Positions 40,805 through 53,409 of a stretch of 64,000 bases of DNA are shown in pieces (position 1 is the first letter of the stretch; every line of letters begins with the position of its first letter). The notes beneath the pieces are model-generated. The model was not told where the DNA came from and searched no databases. It saw nothing but the letters and a program-made list of their open reading frames with translations. The DNA lies in the NCBI GenBank assembly GCA_053919585.1, contig CM132795.1, one strand, 5' to 3'. Both the position numbers and the translations under genes were made by a program. The DNA is from Euprymna scolopes (lineage: Eukaryota).

Positions 40805-41030
40805 TACTAAAAACTCCCCAGAACTGCTAGACTTTGGAATTCCATTCCAGGTCCCTGCTTCCCCAACTGTACTGATGTGCAGAAGTTCAAGTGCAACGTG
40901 AACCAACATCTTGCTGCCCAAATCCCTACATAGTACCCCAGTAGTTGTTGCCCCTGTTAGTAGCCCCCTATACCAAAGTGGCAATGTGACTTGTATGGGG
41001 TGAAAATGTGATTAAAAAAACAAAACAAAA
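40805..41030 (+). mobile_element. CR1/Zenon-type LINE 3' end
   Basis: PRTARLWNSIPGPCFP....VQKFKCNVNQHL plus 3' UTR and A-rich tail; reverse-complement homology to 9160-9360. Confidence 0.8.
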
Positions 41031-42225
41031 AACTCAAATATTTGATGACTCTTTGCAATACACTCAACATTATAAGGATCAAGGTTTAATAGTCATTTAA
41101 GAATGGGAATGATGCCAAGTCATCAATGAAAAGCGGAGGGGGGGTGCGTGATAGCCTTGCTTCTCCCCCCCCCCTTCTCATATGCACGCCGTATGCTAGC
41201 ACTTTCCTAAGCGGTGAACACAACTCTATTTTTTTATTGTTTTTTATTAACATTTAATGTTATATATTCATTTCTGTGTCATTACTGTTGTGTTTATCTT
41301 TATTTTTAGTGATCGTTGGGCATAATTTGAGCTTTTTTTGACGTAAATTTCTTACTCTTGGAACGGATTAAGTCTGTTTCTATTAATTCAAATTGGAATC
41401 ATTATTTTGAGATACGATGTTTTTGAGATACGTAAGTGGTCATGGAACAAATTTAATTCAGATCCCAAGTGTGTAAACTGTGTAATCTTACTCAAATTCG
41501 TTTTGGTTATAGGAATATTTCTTGAGTTTTATAGTGATATCTACAGGGGAAAACGTGAGCTAATGAAATTTACGAAAGAAAGGCGAACTCTAGGATATGA
41601 TTATTCTAATAAACGATTTAATGCTAACACAATAGGAATCACAAAATATGAAGCAGAAGTTTTTTTTTTGTAAAATTGAACACATATTAAGGGCGCTCAA
41701 CAGTTCAAATTTCAGTAGTCTTATATCTATAACTATGCTTTGTTTCTTACTGAATCTTCTCTTCTCTGAATCTTTCCTCCTTGCATATATGATGTACGTA
41801 CACATGACAGATATATCGTACACCAAAATCATATAAATTGATCAAGTAGTTTTATTTTTAAATAAGAAAATCAAATATTGCTAAACGAACAGCGACGATG
41901 TCGTGATGCTAACTTGAAAACAGTCTGAAGAAACAAAGGGAAATAATTATTCCAAATAATTCAAAACCATTTTTAACATTAGGAGTGGAACATTAGAAAA
42001 ACTCAAATTCTCTTAAAAATAGTTTTATAAAGAAAATCACCTGATAAATTAACGTGATTTTTGGTGTACGATGTTTTTGTGGATACAGTATATGGATTAT
42101 TTATTTATTTTATCTTATTTACTTTTTTTTTTCTTAACGAACGAATTCTAGACAAGTGCCGATTACCCTTTCATTCAGAAGAGGATAATCTACACATGAA
42201 ATAAAAATATAATGATTTATTAAGT

Positions 42226-42562
42226 TTCTGAATTCTTCAGATGAGGACTGAAAATTTTTATTATTCTTATCTTGAGTGTTATTTGCACAACATTGAAGAG
42301 ACCTAAGACAATTCTAGTATGAATTTTGAGAGCCTTACATTTCATATAAGAATTGTCTGCAATGACCCATGGCATAATGGATAAAGAAAACTGCAATTGT
42401 AAATTACTTCAGAGTTTTACCCAATCATAACTGACACAACGAGAGCATGCTACGCCTGTTCTCTTCAAAATTCCATGCAGATTACTGAGTTTGACAGAAA
42501 GATTCCTGAGTCGATTAGTTACACCTGAAAAAGGTCAGCAGTTGCATCGACCGAAACATTAT
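42226..42562 (+). mobile_element. Family-2 element with inverted 3' tail at its 5' side
   Basis: Inverted tail 42226-42295, head ~42352, HHR-like acacCTGAaaAaggtc...cgaccGAAAcatt at 42521-42560. Confidence 0.75.
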
Positions 42563-43647
42563 CTAAGTCTAATAAAGCATTCGTTTTACGAGATAAAGTG
42601 TATCACATTTAAGGCCAATTCGCGCATCACTTTTGTTGGACTTAGAGCATCGTTGTTTGTTTGAACGGTTTTTCAATTAGCAAGGAATTTGCCGAATTTG
42701 AATAAATTTGCCGAGAACGGGAACTAAATTGTGGCTTTTGTCAAAAATATTTCATCTTAACAACGCTCAGTTCATTGGAGACTGTCAAATTCAATTTGGT
42801 TGCCAAGTTCACTGTCAACTCTGGAATGGAATAGTAATATAATCATTCGATTTTTTTTCTCAAAGGAAATAAATTTCAATGTCAAGATCACCTTGATCAA
42901 ATCCGAGAAAAACAAACAAACAAACAAACAAAAACAGACGATGCCAAAATTGCACAGATCCAATTCAGTTTAACTGCTCTGTATTCAATTAAAGTTCATG
43001 ATTATTTGATTTCCTTCTTTCGCTACTTGCTATGGATATGTTTTTGAGGGATTGCATTTAAAGATATTTTGCCTTTAGGGAAATGGATGTAAAAAAATGT
43101 TTAATGTCATAACTTTTGCTAATCCGGATTAGTAAGCAACTGCTAAAAATGTTGCGGGAAAATATAATTGCATTCATAATGCATCCAAATAACAGAATAT
43201 CTGATTTATTGTTGTTTTTTTTTTGTCAAAAAAATATAGATTATCTTTGCAAGCATAGCGAGATTACTTTGATCCGACATTTAAAAGGACTTAACAGTTT
43301 TACACTCTCCAGTTTTAGGATGACAAAAAATTAATATAAAATAAAGAGTTTGTTTTATTTAAGTTGTCAGACGCCATTTAAGCGAATTTACAAAACGCAA
43401 ATAAAAATACGCTGGTTTGAATCAGCTAGAAAATGAAGAAATAAAACCAATTTGGAAAAATGGAGAAAAATTCTCTTTTTTTTTTATAAAATGCAACGTA
43501 ACATGTCATTAAGTTAATAGAAAACATTAAAACTATGATGCCATGTCTCTCAGTATTTTTCTAATAAAAACACTTGATTCAAATCATTTTGTAAAATAAT
43601 TTTATGAGATTAATTATTAGTTACTTGTGTACATCAACCCTCAAAAA

Positions 43648-44580
43648 ATGATCGGAAAAATTATGCTTCGGCAGTGTTCACACTACTGCTCATCGTCGTG
43701 GAAGAGAATTGGGCCTTTTCTGTTGATTAATGTTGGGTGTGGTCAAAGTTTCTGATACATTTCATCGATTTGTTGGCAGTACTTCTCTGCCGTAATGGTT
43801 TCGCCTGCATTCAAAAAACTAATGTATGAGACCTTTTGCAGACCACAAAACAGTCAACATAACCTTCCTTTAATGCAACTCTAGCTTCATAAAGTGTCAT
43901 GGAGCTTTGTCGGCGTCGAACCACTAAGCTGAGCGTCGGCAGTAGTTGTAAAGAACTTGCTTTTCATCACAAGTCACATCCTGATCGAGAAACAGGTCGT
44001 TCTTGTTGCATAAAAGAGAAGATGACACTTAATAACGGTGTTTAATTTGGTTATCGTTCAATTCGTGAAGCACCCATTTATCAAGTATTTTTGTCGATCC
44101 AGTCTCTCTCAAGTGGTTAAAAATTGTCGTATACGTTACGTCTAATTCGGAAGCAAGTACACGAACAGTTGTGCATGGATTGGCTTCGACTAAGGCTCTT
44201 AATTGATCGTTGTCAACATCCGATGGCCGACCACTACGCTCATCATCTTCAAGACTCTCGTCGTTGCTACGAAATTTCTTAAGCCGCCATTGTGCTGTGC
44301 GTTCTGTAGTGGTTCCTGGGTCAAATGCTTCCTTGATATCGCCGCGAGCTGCTTCAGAAGCTTTTCAGCCTAACTTGAATTGTAATAAGAAAATTGTGCG
44401 AATTTGCTTTTGTCGATCTTGTATTCAACGTTCTGAAAAGAAGACAATTGTTTTAAAACGATTGTAATTTAAACGATTAGACAGAGTGAAAAACGGTCTT
44501 TAAATAATGTAAACTCATTTGAAAATACATAATTTAAAATCAAATTAAAAATTTCATAAGAATTTTCTGATCCTCTCCTA
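43648..44580 (-). mobile_element. Decayed mariner transposon
   Basis: Minus-strand remnants QIRTIFLLQFKLG*KASEAARD, SLEDDERSGRPSDVDNDQLRALVEANP and NRKGPILFHDD; partial TIRs atcggaaaaattatg / cataagaattttctgat. Confidence 0.85.
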
Positions 44581-44616
44581 TTTTTTGTTTCTTTTAAATT
44601 ATTAAACATTATTTTT

Positions 44617-45042
44617 GGCGCTTGTTAAGATCGTAGACAGATCGTTTTGTTTTAAGTATGTAGTTTTAAGCATAAACAGCAGTACTTACTTGTCATATTA
44701 AAAATAGTAACATATCCAAAAATTAGGAAAATTCATCGAGTAGAAAATCATTTATAGTTAAAAGTAATTTTTACAGAAAAATGGGTGTTGCGAATACAGG
44801 GGACATACTTATCTCCATTTTCGTTATTTTAATGACTGACAGACTCTTTTAACCTTATAGCGATGGACTTTTTCTTTTCTTTTTTTTTTACTAAAAACAC
44901 AATAGTAATTATTCTACTCGATAAATCTTAGTAATATGTTGATACATTGCTATTATCCACATGACAATTAAGTACTGTTGTTTTTGTTTAAAGGGACATA
45001 TTTTTAAAAAGTCGATCTGTCGCCTCTATCTTAACAAGCACC
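44617..45042. mobile_element. MITE with ~150-bp imperfect terminal inverted repeats
   Basis: ggcgcttgttaagat..gacagatcg..acagcagtactta.ttgtcat..atcgagtagaa versus ttctactcgat..atgacaattaagtactgttgt..cgatctgtc..atcttaacaagcacc. Confidence 0.8.
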
Positions 45043-45891
45043 TATAATATTTTAGCAAGTACACAAACTTAATACTTCTTACAGTGTTTCTCACAGAAAA
45101 AAAATTCGCCATTAAAATAAGAAGTTATCACCACCGTTACCGCATATATATATATTTTTTAAAACTTTTACAAAATATAACTTTTATTTTTATTTTTGTG
45201 TTTTGTATTACAAAATAAACTATTTTTACTGACAAAACATCTGTTGAAAATTGAGTTGAAAATCCATTTTATAATTTCTTCTTATTTGACATCAACAATG
45301 CAATTCTGCCCTCATAACAGAATATTTTAACTTGTCGATCGAATAATGATAACATTATTTCATGAGAAAAATTCTTCCCATCGATGATGACAATGGAAGT
45401 TATGAAGCTGACACAAAAGGTGAGAGGTTAATCCTACGCTTTCCGCTTTGGTGTAACATGACCAAAGTTCCATAGACATTTTATTCTTAGCTCAAGTTAA
45501 GATTCATTCAAAATATTTATGAGAAATCTATGAAAGGTTGGTGAAAGTCAATCTGCATAAATTATTCAATTTTTACATGAAATTCTGATTGCGTACAATT
45601 GTTTCCTTAGCAATGTACGATTGTGGGTCACAAATTGGTAAAGAATTGGAAATCTACGATTCGACAGTTTTTCTGGGTAATCACTTAAAGCACGTTCAAT
45701 CACGAAATCGACTAATAAAATTACGAACAGCGAAACAGTACCTTATGTAGATGACTATAATGCTCCCTATTTCGGGTTGAGCATATTGAGAAGTGATATA
45801 CAAACTGCCATTAGCGTATTAAGCGATGCTTTTTTTTGTAAACAAATCGAGCATAAATATTTGGACGATGTCAAAACATCGTTAATTCACT

Positions 45892-46037
45892 ACCCGTATA
45901 GCGTAATGGTGATAAACCTTTACTGTCGTTTGGGCGGTCGGGTTTTGATCCCGGCTTGAGGTAGTTGTCTGTCTAGCCGCACTGATGACCTGTGATACAG
46001 CAAAGCAGTACTGTGTTTGGATGACTATATACATATA
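45892..46037 (+). mobile_element. tRNA-Asp-like head + hammerhead SINE, copy with inactivated ribozyme core
   Basis: Same sequence family as 49681-49826. CTGATGA at 45982-45988 is retained, but GAAA has become AAAG and the cleavage-site TA has become TG. Confidence 0.85.
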
Positions 46038-46589
46038 ATGTAATGTCAGCTGTGTGAGGTTCTATGTTTGTGTGATACGCACATATGCTTTTTGAAAAGT
46101 TATGGAATTTATGTCAATCTCAAAAGAATATGACCTCCTTGTTGAAAGCAGTCGGTCTCAAGACTAATACACCTGTGTACAGCATAAGGTCTAGCATTAT
46201 CATGATGACGAATGACACTGCACAAAAATCCAAACTATCCTGGAATAATATATCTCAAATATATGTATATAAATATGTTTATATCTCCCCACACAAACAA
46301 TTAGGTATGTTCATATATGTATAGGACAAAAGGTAAAACAAATAAAACACTGGCAGGAATGTTAAAAAAAAAAAACCTAGAGACTTACCGGTTTTATTCA
46401 GATTAATAAGCATCTTCAGAAAAAAATGAAGATTTTAATTTAGTCTTAAAATCTGCACCGTTTCGTATTTAATTTGTATTTACTTTTGTTTTGTTTTTTT
46501 TCTCCCATCTCCATGACATTTAATTTTATGATATATCATGTATTTTATTCTTTCATCATTATGAACTATGGAATATATATTTTTAGGAA

Positions 46590-46845
46590 CATGTATCAGT
46601 ACAGTCAGGGAAGCAGATAGCAGCAAGGGAATTCCAAAGTCTAGATGTTCAAGGGAAGAAACTATAAGAGTAGAAAGTTTTCTAGGATTTGGAGACCTCA
46701 ACAGTGAAGGGATGTGATTTTGTTGCTAAGCAGATTTGTCAGGGATATGTATGTTAAAGGGACACAAGAGCAATGAGTTCATCAGAGCACATTCTATTAA
46801 AATACTTGTAAAATACCACAGAGATGCAAAATTGTGGCGATAGGA
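46590..46845 (-). mobile_element. CR1/Zenon-type LINE 3' fragment
   Basis: Colinear with 9295-9540 and 23405-23650. Confidence 0.75.
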
Positions 46846-47930
46846 TGCAAATAAAAATTTTGCTGATAAAATAAGTTTAAAAATAACGACACGTGACCAG
46901 AAAATCTAAGTAATCGCATTCATCAAAATTAGCAAGAAAATTTTAATAATGCAATTTTGCATAAATTACAGAAATCGCATGATAAGAGAAACAAAATTGC
47001 AAAGAATAATCTAGTCTAATTATGATTCGTAGTTTAATGGCCCAAATAGATCAATTCTGAAGCTATGATTGAATGTTCAGTTTTGTTCAAAGATAATTTA
47101 TTCCAAATTTGCATGTGTTAACACCTCAAGACTGGATTATTAAAACATTCTGATAAAAATTAATGAACATGAAAAGATAAAAGTATTAATAAAATACAAA
47201 AATAACAAATATTACTTGTCAAGGAAAACATTATCTGACACATTGCATGCAATCCTATTCCATCAGCTTGTCCATATAAAAACGTGCATGTTTTTTTATT
47301 TCATAAAAATATTTTAGAGAATCTTTTTTTTTTTTTTTTATTAATTTAAAGTAAAAAAGGGTAAAAAAAACTTTTCTCATCATCCTTTGCACTGGCGTTC
47401 ATGAATTAAAAATAATGAAAGTAAAAAACGGCAGGAATATTTGCTATTCCAGCTTGTGACAAATTCTGAACAAAACCATCGCAATAAAATTAACCTCGGC
47501 AAACTTGTCATGTTTCCATGGTTGGATAACTGCAAGCATTGATTTAAAATTAAACCATGAATGAGCAGTGACATTCCGATAATGAAGTCGCTCTCTTAAA
47601 ACTTGTTTGTTTTTTTTAATTTTTTTAGTATAGCTTCAATAAAATTACGCCAACCTGCTACCAAAAAGTAAAATGATTTACAATGGTTTTGGAAAACCGC
47701 ATTGAGGAAAGAAAGCGAAAACACAGCATTGACATTTTGCCATCAGTTTGGGTCAAATATCTCTAAGTATTACTGATAAACCTAAGTACACACACCGATA
47801 AGAACGCAATGTTGTATCGAGTTTTCCAGTGATATAAGCATCATTTACTAATAATTTAAATTATTGACACAACATTTCAAGAAATTGGATGACAAATAAC
47901 TTTATTTGAATATTCAGTATTACAATTACG

Positions 47931-48432
47931 GTTCTGAATTTTTTAGATGCGGAGTGATTATTTGTATTATTTAGATTCTTCGGACTACTGTTCTCATCTT
48001 GAGTGTTATTTTCGCAACATTTCGCTCGATGTAACCCGACCCTTTTTAGGTGTATCTTATCGATCTTCGGAATATTGCCATCGAATTCAGAAATTTGCAC
48101 GAAATTTCTAATGGAACCTTTTATTTAATTCACGGAGTTAGCATGCTCTCGTTCTGTTAGCTATACTGGTCGAAGTCCTAACCAATTCGCAATTGTATTT
48201 TCAGTGTCGCCCACACTGAGGTACACTCTTCTGGAGGTTGAAAGTTTAACTTTTACAACTAAATTTTACCAAGTACTTTATCCACTGCATCATGGGTCAT
48301 TGCGGACAATTACAATTGTGAATTATTTAGGACTTTCATTTAGACATGGCTGACGGAACGAGAGCAAACTAATAAACCGTCATAAAAATAACACTCAAGA
48401 TGAGAACAGTAGACCAAAGAATCCAAATAATA
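47931..48432 (-). mobile_element. Family-2 element (full minus copy to ~48310) plus inverted, internally deleted 3' duplicate
   Basis: Tail is present at both ends in inverted orientation; head atgacccatgatgcagtggataaagtacttggtaaaatt on the minus strand. Confidence 0.8.
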
Positions 48433-49051
48433 CGCGCAGCATTAGTGCTCATCTTTTTAATCCTATGCCAACTTTCACTTACAAAGACTTAAGACGACAA
48501 CGGTGACCTAGTTCAACCTGTTGGAACCTATAAGGCCACTAGATATTCACGAAGGAAGATCCCGTAATAGTACAAGAGTTTTTACATTAACACATAATAT
48601 TTTAATTGATCCAATTGTACAAATTAAAAATCCAACGTAATGAAAAGATTAAACTATAATTTAACTCATTTGGGGGATTTAAAAAAATATATATTTTATT
48701 ATTGGGACAAAGTTGCTATATTTTAAAATGTTACTGATCTTTATTTATAGCGAGTATATTAACGTAATTTGCGTCTTTAAGCAAAAATGTCATTTATCTA
48801 TTCAGTGACATTAGGTTATATGGAAAATGCTTGGTAAGATTATTTAATTTGATAGACATGAATTGATATAAAGGTCAGATGTCCTTATGCGCGTGTAGCA
48901 TTGAGGTAGTTGATTGATCTCATCAAATGACTGCTAATAAATATTAAATGTATAAACAGTAAAGATCTAGAAATTAATATGAAGGAATCACAGGGTAGTC
49001 AGATGAAATAAGTATTTAGTCTGTCATCTTTGAAGATATTAGCAAGAAACT

Positions 49052-49200
49052 NNNNNNNNNNNNNNNNNNNNNNNNNNNNNNNNNNNNNNNNNNNNNNNNN
49101 NNNNNNNNNNNNNNNNNNNNNNNNNNNNNNNNNNNNNNNNNNNNNNNNNNNNNNNNNNNNNNNNNNNNNNNNNNNNNNNNNNNNNNNNNNNNNNNNNNNN
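49052..49200. other. Assembly gap (149 N)
   Basis: Run of N. Confidence 1.
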
Positions 49201-49459
49201 CGAAGGTCTTTCTGCTCATCATGGTATATTTTGCTTTATTCCCTAATCATCTTTATCATTTCCTGGAAAAGCCCCCACCTCCCAAATAGGGCGAAACGTT
49301 GAAAATTTCCTAAAAGGCTAAATGTTTTTCTTTCTTTTTCTATAACGTCATAATATCATACTTATATATATATATATATATATATATAAGTTCGAGCACT
49401 TTGCGACGGGTAAATGCTAATTTTAGAGGCATTTGAGGAGAAATATTTACGGGCACTGA

Positions 49460-49619
49460 TTCTTGTTCTGATGGTTAGAGCCACCGACTGTCAACGCGAT
49501 GATTGTAGGTTCGATCCACGGCGGGGAAAAGGTGTATGTCTAGCCGCACTGATGAGTTGTGATACAACGAAACAGTACTGTATGTGGATGACTATATATA
49601 TATATATATATATATATAT
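49460..49619 (+). mobile_element. SINE: tRNA-Asp(GTC)-like head + hammerhead ribozyme + (TA)n tail
   Basis: Head TGGTTAG..CTGTCAACGCG..GGTTCGATCCACGGCGGGGA resembles eukaryotic tRNA-Asp; the HHR follows within ~20 nt. Confidence 0.85.
49544..49587 (+). ncRNA. Type I hammerhead ribozyme motif, intact core
   Basis: Stem I CCGCA/TGTGG; CTGATGA 49549-55; stem II GTTGT-gat-ACAAC; GAAA 49569-72; palindromic stem III CAGTACTG; GUA site, predicted cleavage after 49582. Confidence 0.9.
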
Positions 49620-49680
49620 TGGTCAATAGTTTACTGGGATAAATTTACCCACAGAAAAAGTGAAAAATGATGTAGAATCA

Positions 49681-49826
49681 ATATATATATATAGTCATCC
49701 ATATACAGTACTGTTTCGCTGTTTCACAGCTCATCAGTGCGGCTAGACAGGCAACTACCTCAAGCCAGGATTGAAACCCGACCATCTGTACGACAGTCAA
49801 GGCTCCTAACCACTACGCTATTGGCG
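49681..49826 (-). mobile_element. SINE: tRNA-like head + hammerhead ribozyme + (TA)n tail, tail-to-tail with the 49460 copy
   Basis: Minus strand reads TAGCGTAGTGGTTAG (A box)..CTGTC..GGTTTCAATCC (B-box-like)..gtctagccgcaCTGATGA... Confidence 0.85.
49699..49742 (-). ncRNA. Type I hammerhead ribozyme motif, intact core
   Basis: CCGCA-CTGATGA-GCTGT-gaa-ACAGC-GAAA-CAGTACTG-TA-TATGG; one mismatch in stem I. Confidence 0.85.
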
Positions 49827-50106
49827 GCTGCTTAACTATTGACCAATAAGGAGCTACACTGTCGACCTGAGATGACAAAAATGATCAATTATCTTCATTC
49901 AGAAATTTGGCGGTATGAAGAGAGCATGAAAGTATTTAATTATTTTGAAAAGCTCCCCATGAAAGGGTTCTTAAAATCTTTGAAAGTTCACAAATCAAGT
50001 CCCGGCCATAAAATATAAATATTTGATTTTTTAAAATGAATGAACTCACATTCATTGAGTTGCATTTACAAATGGATTGAGGACTGAAAGGGTGGGGGGC
50101 GAAAAT

Positions 50107-53080
50107 GTATGGAAGTTTGTACGGTAAAAATTGGAGACAAGGATGTTAGATTTCAACTTGACAATGGTAGAGATTTGTCTATTATAAATCACCATACTTG
50201 GTGAAAAATTGGAAAACGAGGATAATAAGAACCAAGAAAGTTGCTCCTTCAGTAACTGGAGAAAGAATAAGATTCGAAGATGAGATTACTACTAATGTAA
50301 CGTTAACGGATAAGGCACTGAAACTGAAGATGTTTGTGTTAAGAAACACTGAAAACCTTTTTGGTACAAACTGGATCCAAAAATTTGAACTCTGGGACTC
50401 GCTCATTAGCGATTTTTGTCAAAAAGTGAATAACCTTACAGCCGACGCTGAAAAACTAAAAGACCTGAAAGAGTTGTTCCCCAATGTCTTATATATATTT
50501 TTTCTGAAAAACTAGACTGCTGTAAAAAAATGGAAGCGAAGTTCAAATTACAAGATAATGCTACCCCAGTCTTCAAAAAGAAACGAAGCGTACTCTTTGC
50601 CTCTATGCAAAAGACCAGGGAAGAACTGGACAGACTCGTTAAAACAGGAATTTTGACCACGGTCACCTACAGCAAGTAGGCTCTCCCCACTGTGTATGTA
50701 AAGAAAAAATTTAAAGATATCAAAGGCTGTGCAGACTTCTTGTCTGGGTTGAATGCAACACTAATGGATCATCATGTCCTTTACACAGCTCCGAGGAAGC
50801 GTTGACTAAACTAAATTGAGGGAAGCGTCCTTACCAATTCCTGTTGAAGAAGAAAGCTCAAAACATTTGTGTATTTCTACTCACAAAGGACTATTTGAAT
50901 TCAATAAGTTAGCTTTCAGAATCAAAGTAGCACCAGCTATCTTTCAAGAAATAATCGATACAATGTTGAGTGGCCTTGATTTTTCTGTCAGATACTTGGA
51001 GGATATTCTAATGAAAAGCTAAACTATAGAGCAACATAGGAAACACGTTTTTTCAGGTATTCGAAAAGATAAATGAGTATGGATTCACACTTAAAGACAC
51101 TAAATATTAATTTTTCTTTAACAAAATATAGTACTTAGGGTAGATAATAGATAAAAACGGTTGACGACCCGATCTAGAAAAGTCCATAGCAATAAAAAAA
51201 AATATGCCTGAGCCAAACACTATAACAACATTTCAAAGTTTTTTAGGCTTAGTTAACTACTACCAATCTTTCATTCCTAATATGCACACATTGCACGCAC
51301 TTTTAAACAAACTACTTAGGAAGGACAAGGTTTGGAACTGGACTGCGGAATGCAAGATGGCATCCAAAAAGCTGAAAGAGGTGCTCATATTGGAACTATA
51401 CCTGACTCATTACAACCCAGATTTAGACATTATCGTCGCAAGTGATGTGAGCACATATAGAATCAGTGCGTGTATCCTGCATAAAATGCCAGACAGATCT
51501 GCAAAACCTACAGCAAATCTGTCGAGAATCCTACTATTTGCAGAAAGGAATGATTCCCAGATAAAGAAAGAATCCTTAAGTGTCATTTTCGCGGTAACAA
51601 GATTCTACATATACCTGCATGGATGACACTTAATTACAAACATATCACAAGCTGCTGATCTCTATCTTTGGCTTGAAGAAAGGGTTGCCCATATTTCTCC
51701 ATCTTTGGAGCCTGTTCGCCGTATGTGTATACGGCGAACAGGCTCCAAAAATGGGGAATAATCCTACTGAATTACGAATTTGATATGGAGTTCGTTCTGT
51801 CAAAGAAATTAGAACATGCAGCCGGCCTATCTCGGTTAATATCAGGAACTGGTGAACCACTAGAAGACTCTGTGATTGCATCACTATGATCAGGCAGAGA
51901 TTACAGTTCAATCCTATGCAACACTATGAAAGAACTCTCTGTTAGCCTGGACGATATAAAGAAAGAAGCCGAAAGTGACGACTTTATAAGAGAAACCAAG
52001 GAAAAACTGCAGACTGATGAACAAGTAACAGAGATTTTCTCAACATGCGACCAGGTATTATCATATCAGGAGAGAGTAGAAAAATCTTAAAGGATTTTCA
52101 CATAAGACACCTTGGCGCCACCAGAATGAAAAGTGTAATGCGTTCATACATGTATTGGAGAAATATAGACAAGGATATTGAAGAAAAGGTGAAAGCATGC
52201 AGGGGGTGTGTACTAGCTGCTAAAGTTGCACCAATTCAATTTAGTCCATGGCTCAAAGTGAACTACTTGTGGCCACGGATACACATGGACTACACGAAAT
52301 CACTTGTTGGACAGTACTACCTCATAGTAATGGACAGTTTCTCCAAGTAGCCAGAGGTCTTTAGGTGTAAAAGTCCGACTACTGACTTCACTATAAAAAC
52401 TCTTCATGAGTTATTTGCACGGTTCAGAGTGGTCGATTGTTTAGTGTCAGATAATAGCACTCAATTTACATCCGGAGACTTTAAAGAGTTTATGGAGAAC
52501 TTCCAAATGGACCGCATCACAACTCTGGCACACCACCCAAAATCAAACGGACAGGCAGAAAGATTCGTGGACACCTTGAAGAACACTCCATCTGAAAATG
52601 CTTTGCAACAATTTCTTAAGTTGTACTACATAACTTCTAACGAGAATACACCATCCCAGATGTCTCCGGCGGAAGTGATGTTTGCTAGAAAAGCATGGCC
52701 AGTCTTTGGCAGATTATTGCCAAAAACAGATAAAATCTGCAAAGACAACTGTTCCCATGCCAGGAGAAAAAATGTTCTTGCAGATGCACAAGGATAATAA
52801 GACTTTCTGGGAACAGGGAATGTTCTACATGATGGAAGGACGCACTTTAGATAAGTCAAGTGAAACTCTGCCAGAAGAGATGTTAGACCTACTGTAGGAC
52901 GCGTTTGATTTATTTAAATCAAATTTATCAAATTAATTTATTTAGGCTGCGTTTATTTATTTAATACAGAAATACGTTGTTCCGGCAGAAAAAGGAAACT
53001 GATGGATCCCTTGAAAGTCAACCTGATAAAGAAAAACATTAAGAATACTTTGGGGAAATAAATCTTCTGAGGTGGGGGTA
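50107..53080 (+). mobile_element. Decayed Ty3/Gypsy LTR retrotransposon pol (protease-RT-RNase H-integrase)
   Basis: In order: FQLDNG (protease), THKGLFEFNKLAF..APAIFQ..YLEDI (RT), IVASDVS (RNase H), H..HLG...CRGC, RIHMDY, SDNSTQF and SNGQAERFV (integrase). Many stops and frameshifts; purine-rich tract ~53069-53078. Confidence 0.93.
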
Positions 53081-53257
53081 CTCTGGGGTAGTTAACACAC
53101 CTATATCCATGGGCAATATGGATTCATCTGGCTTATATAATGACAGACATTTCTACTTTCAAGCAGAAAGTACACTCATAGTTTAACCACTCGCAGTGAA
53201 CCCCAGTACTTTTACCTTATAATTGTGACCACTAAAACCGGACCACTATACATAAAT

Positions 53258-53307
<50 letters not shown>

Positions 53308-53409
53308 TGTCCAATCAGAGTAAGACAACAATAGCATAGAAAATGTTAAAATTGAAGTGGATGAATAAATAATTGTAGAGAAATATTTAATAGAAATTGA
53401 CCCGTCCGT

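Noticed and set aside
49830-53255. Paired LTRs around the Gypsy pol
   Set aside because: A PBS-like TGGCG (~49908) and a possible 3' LTR (~53079-53252) are visible, but no matching 5' LTR sequence was found
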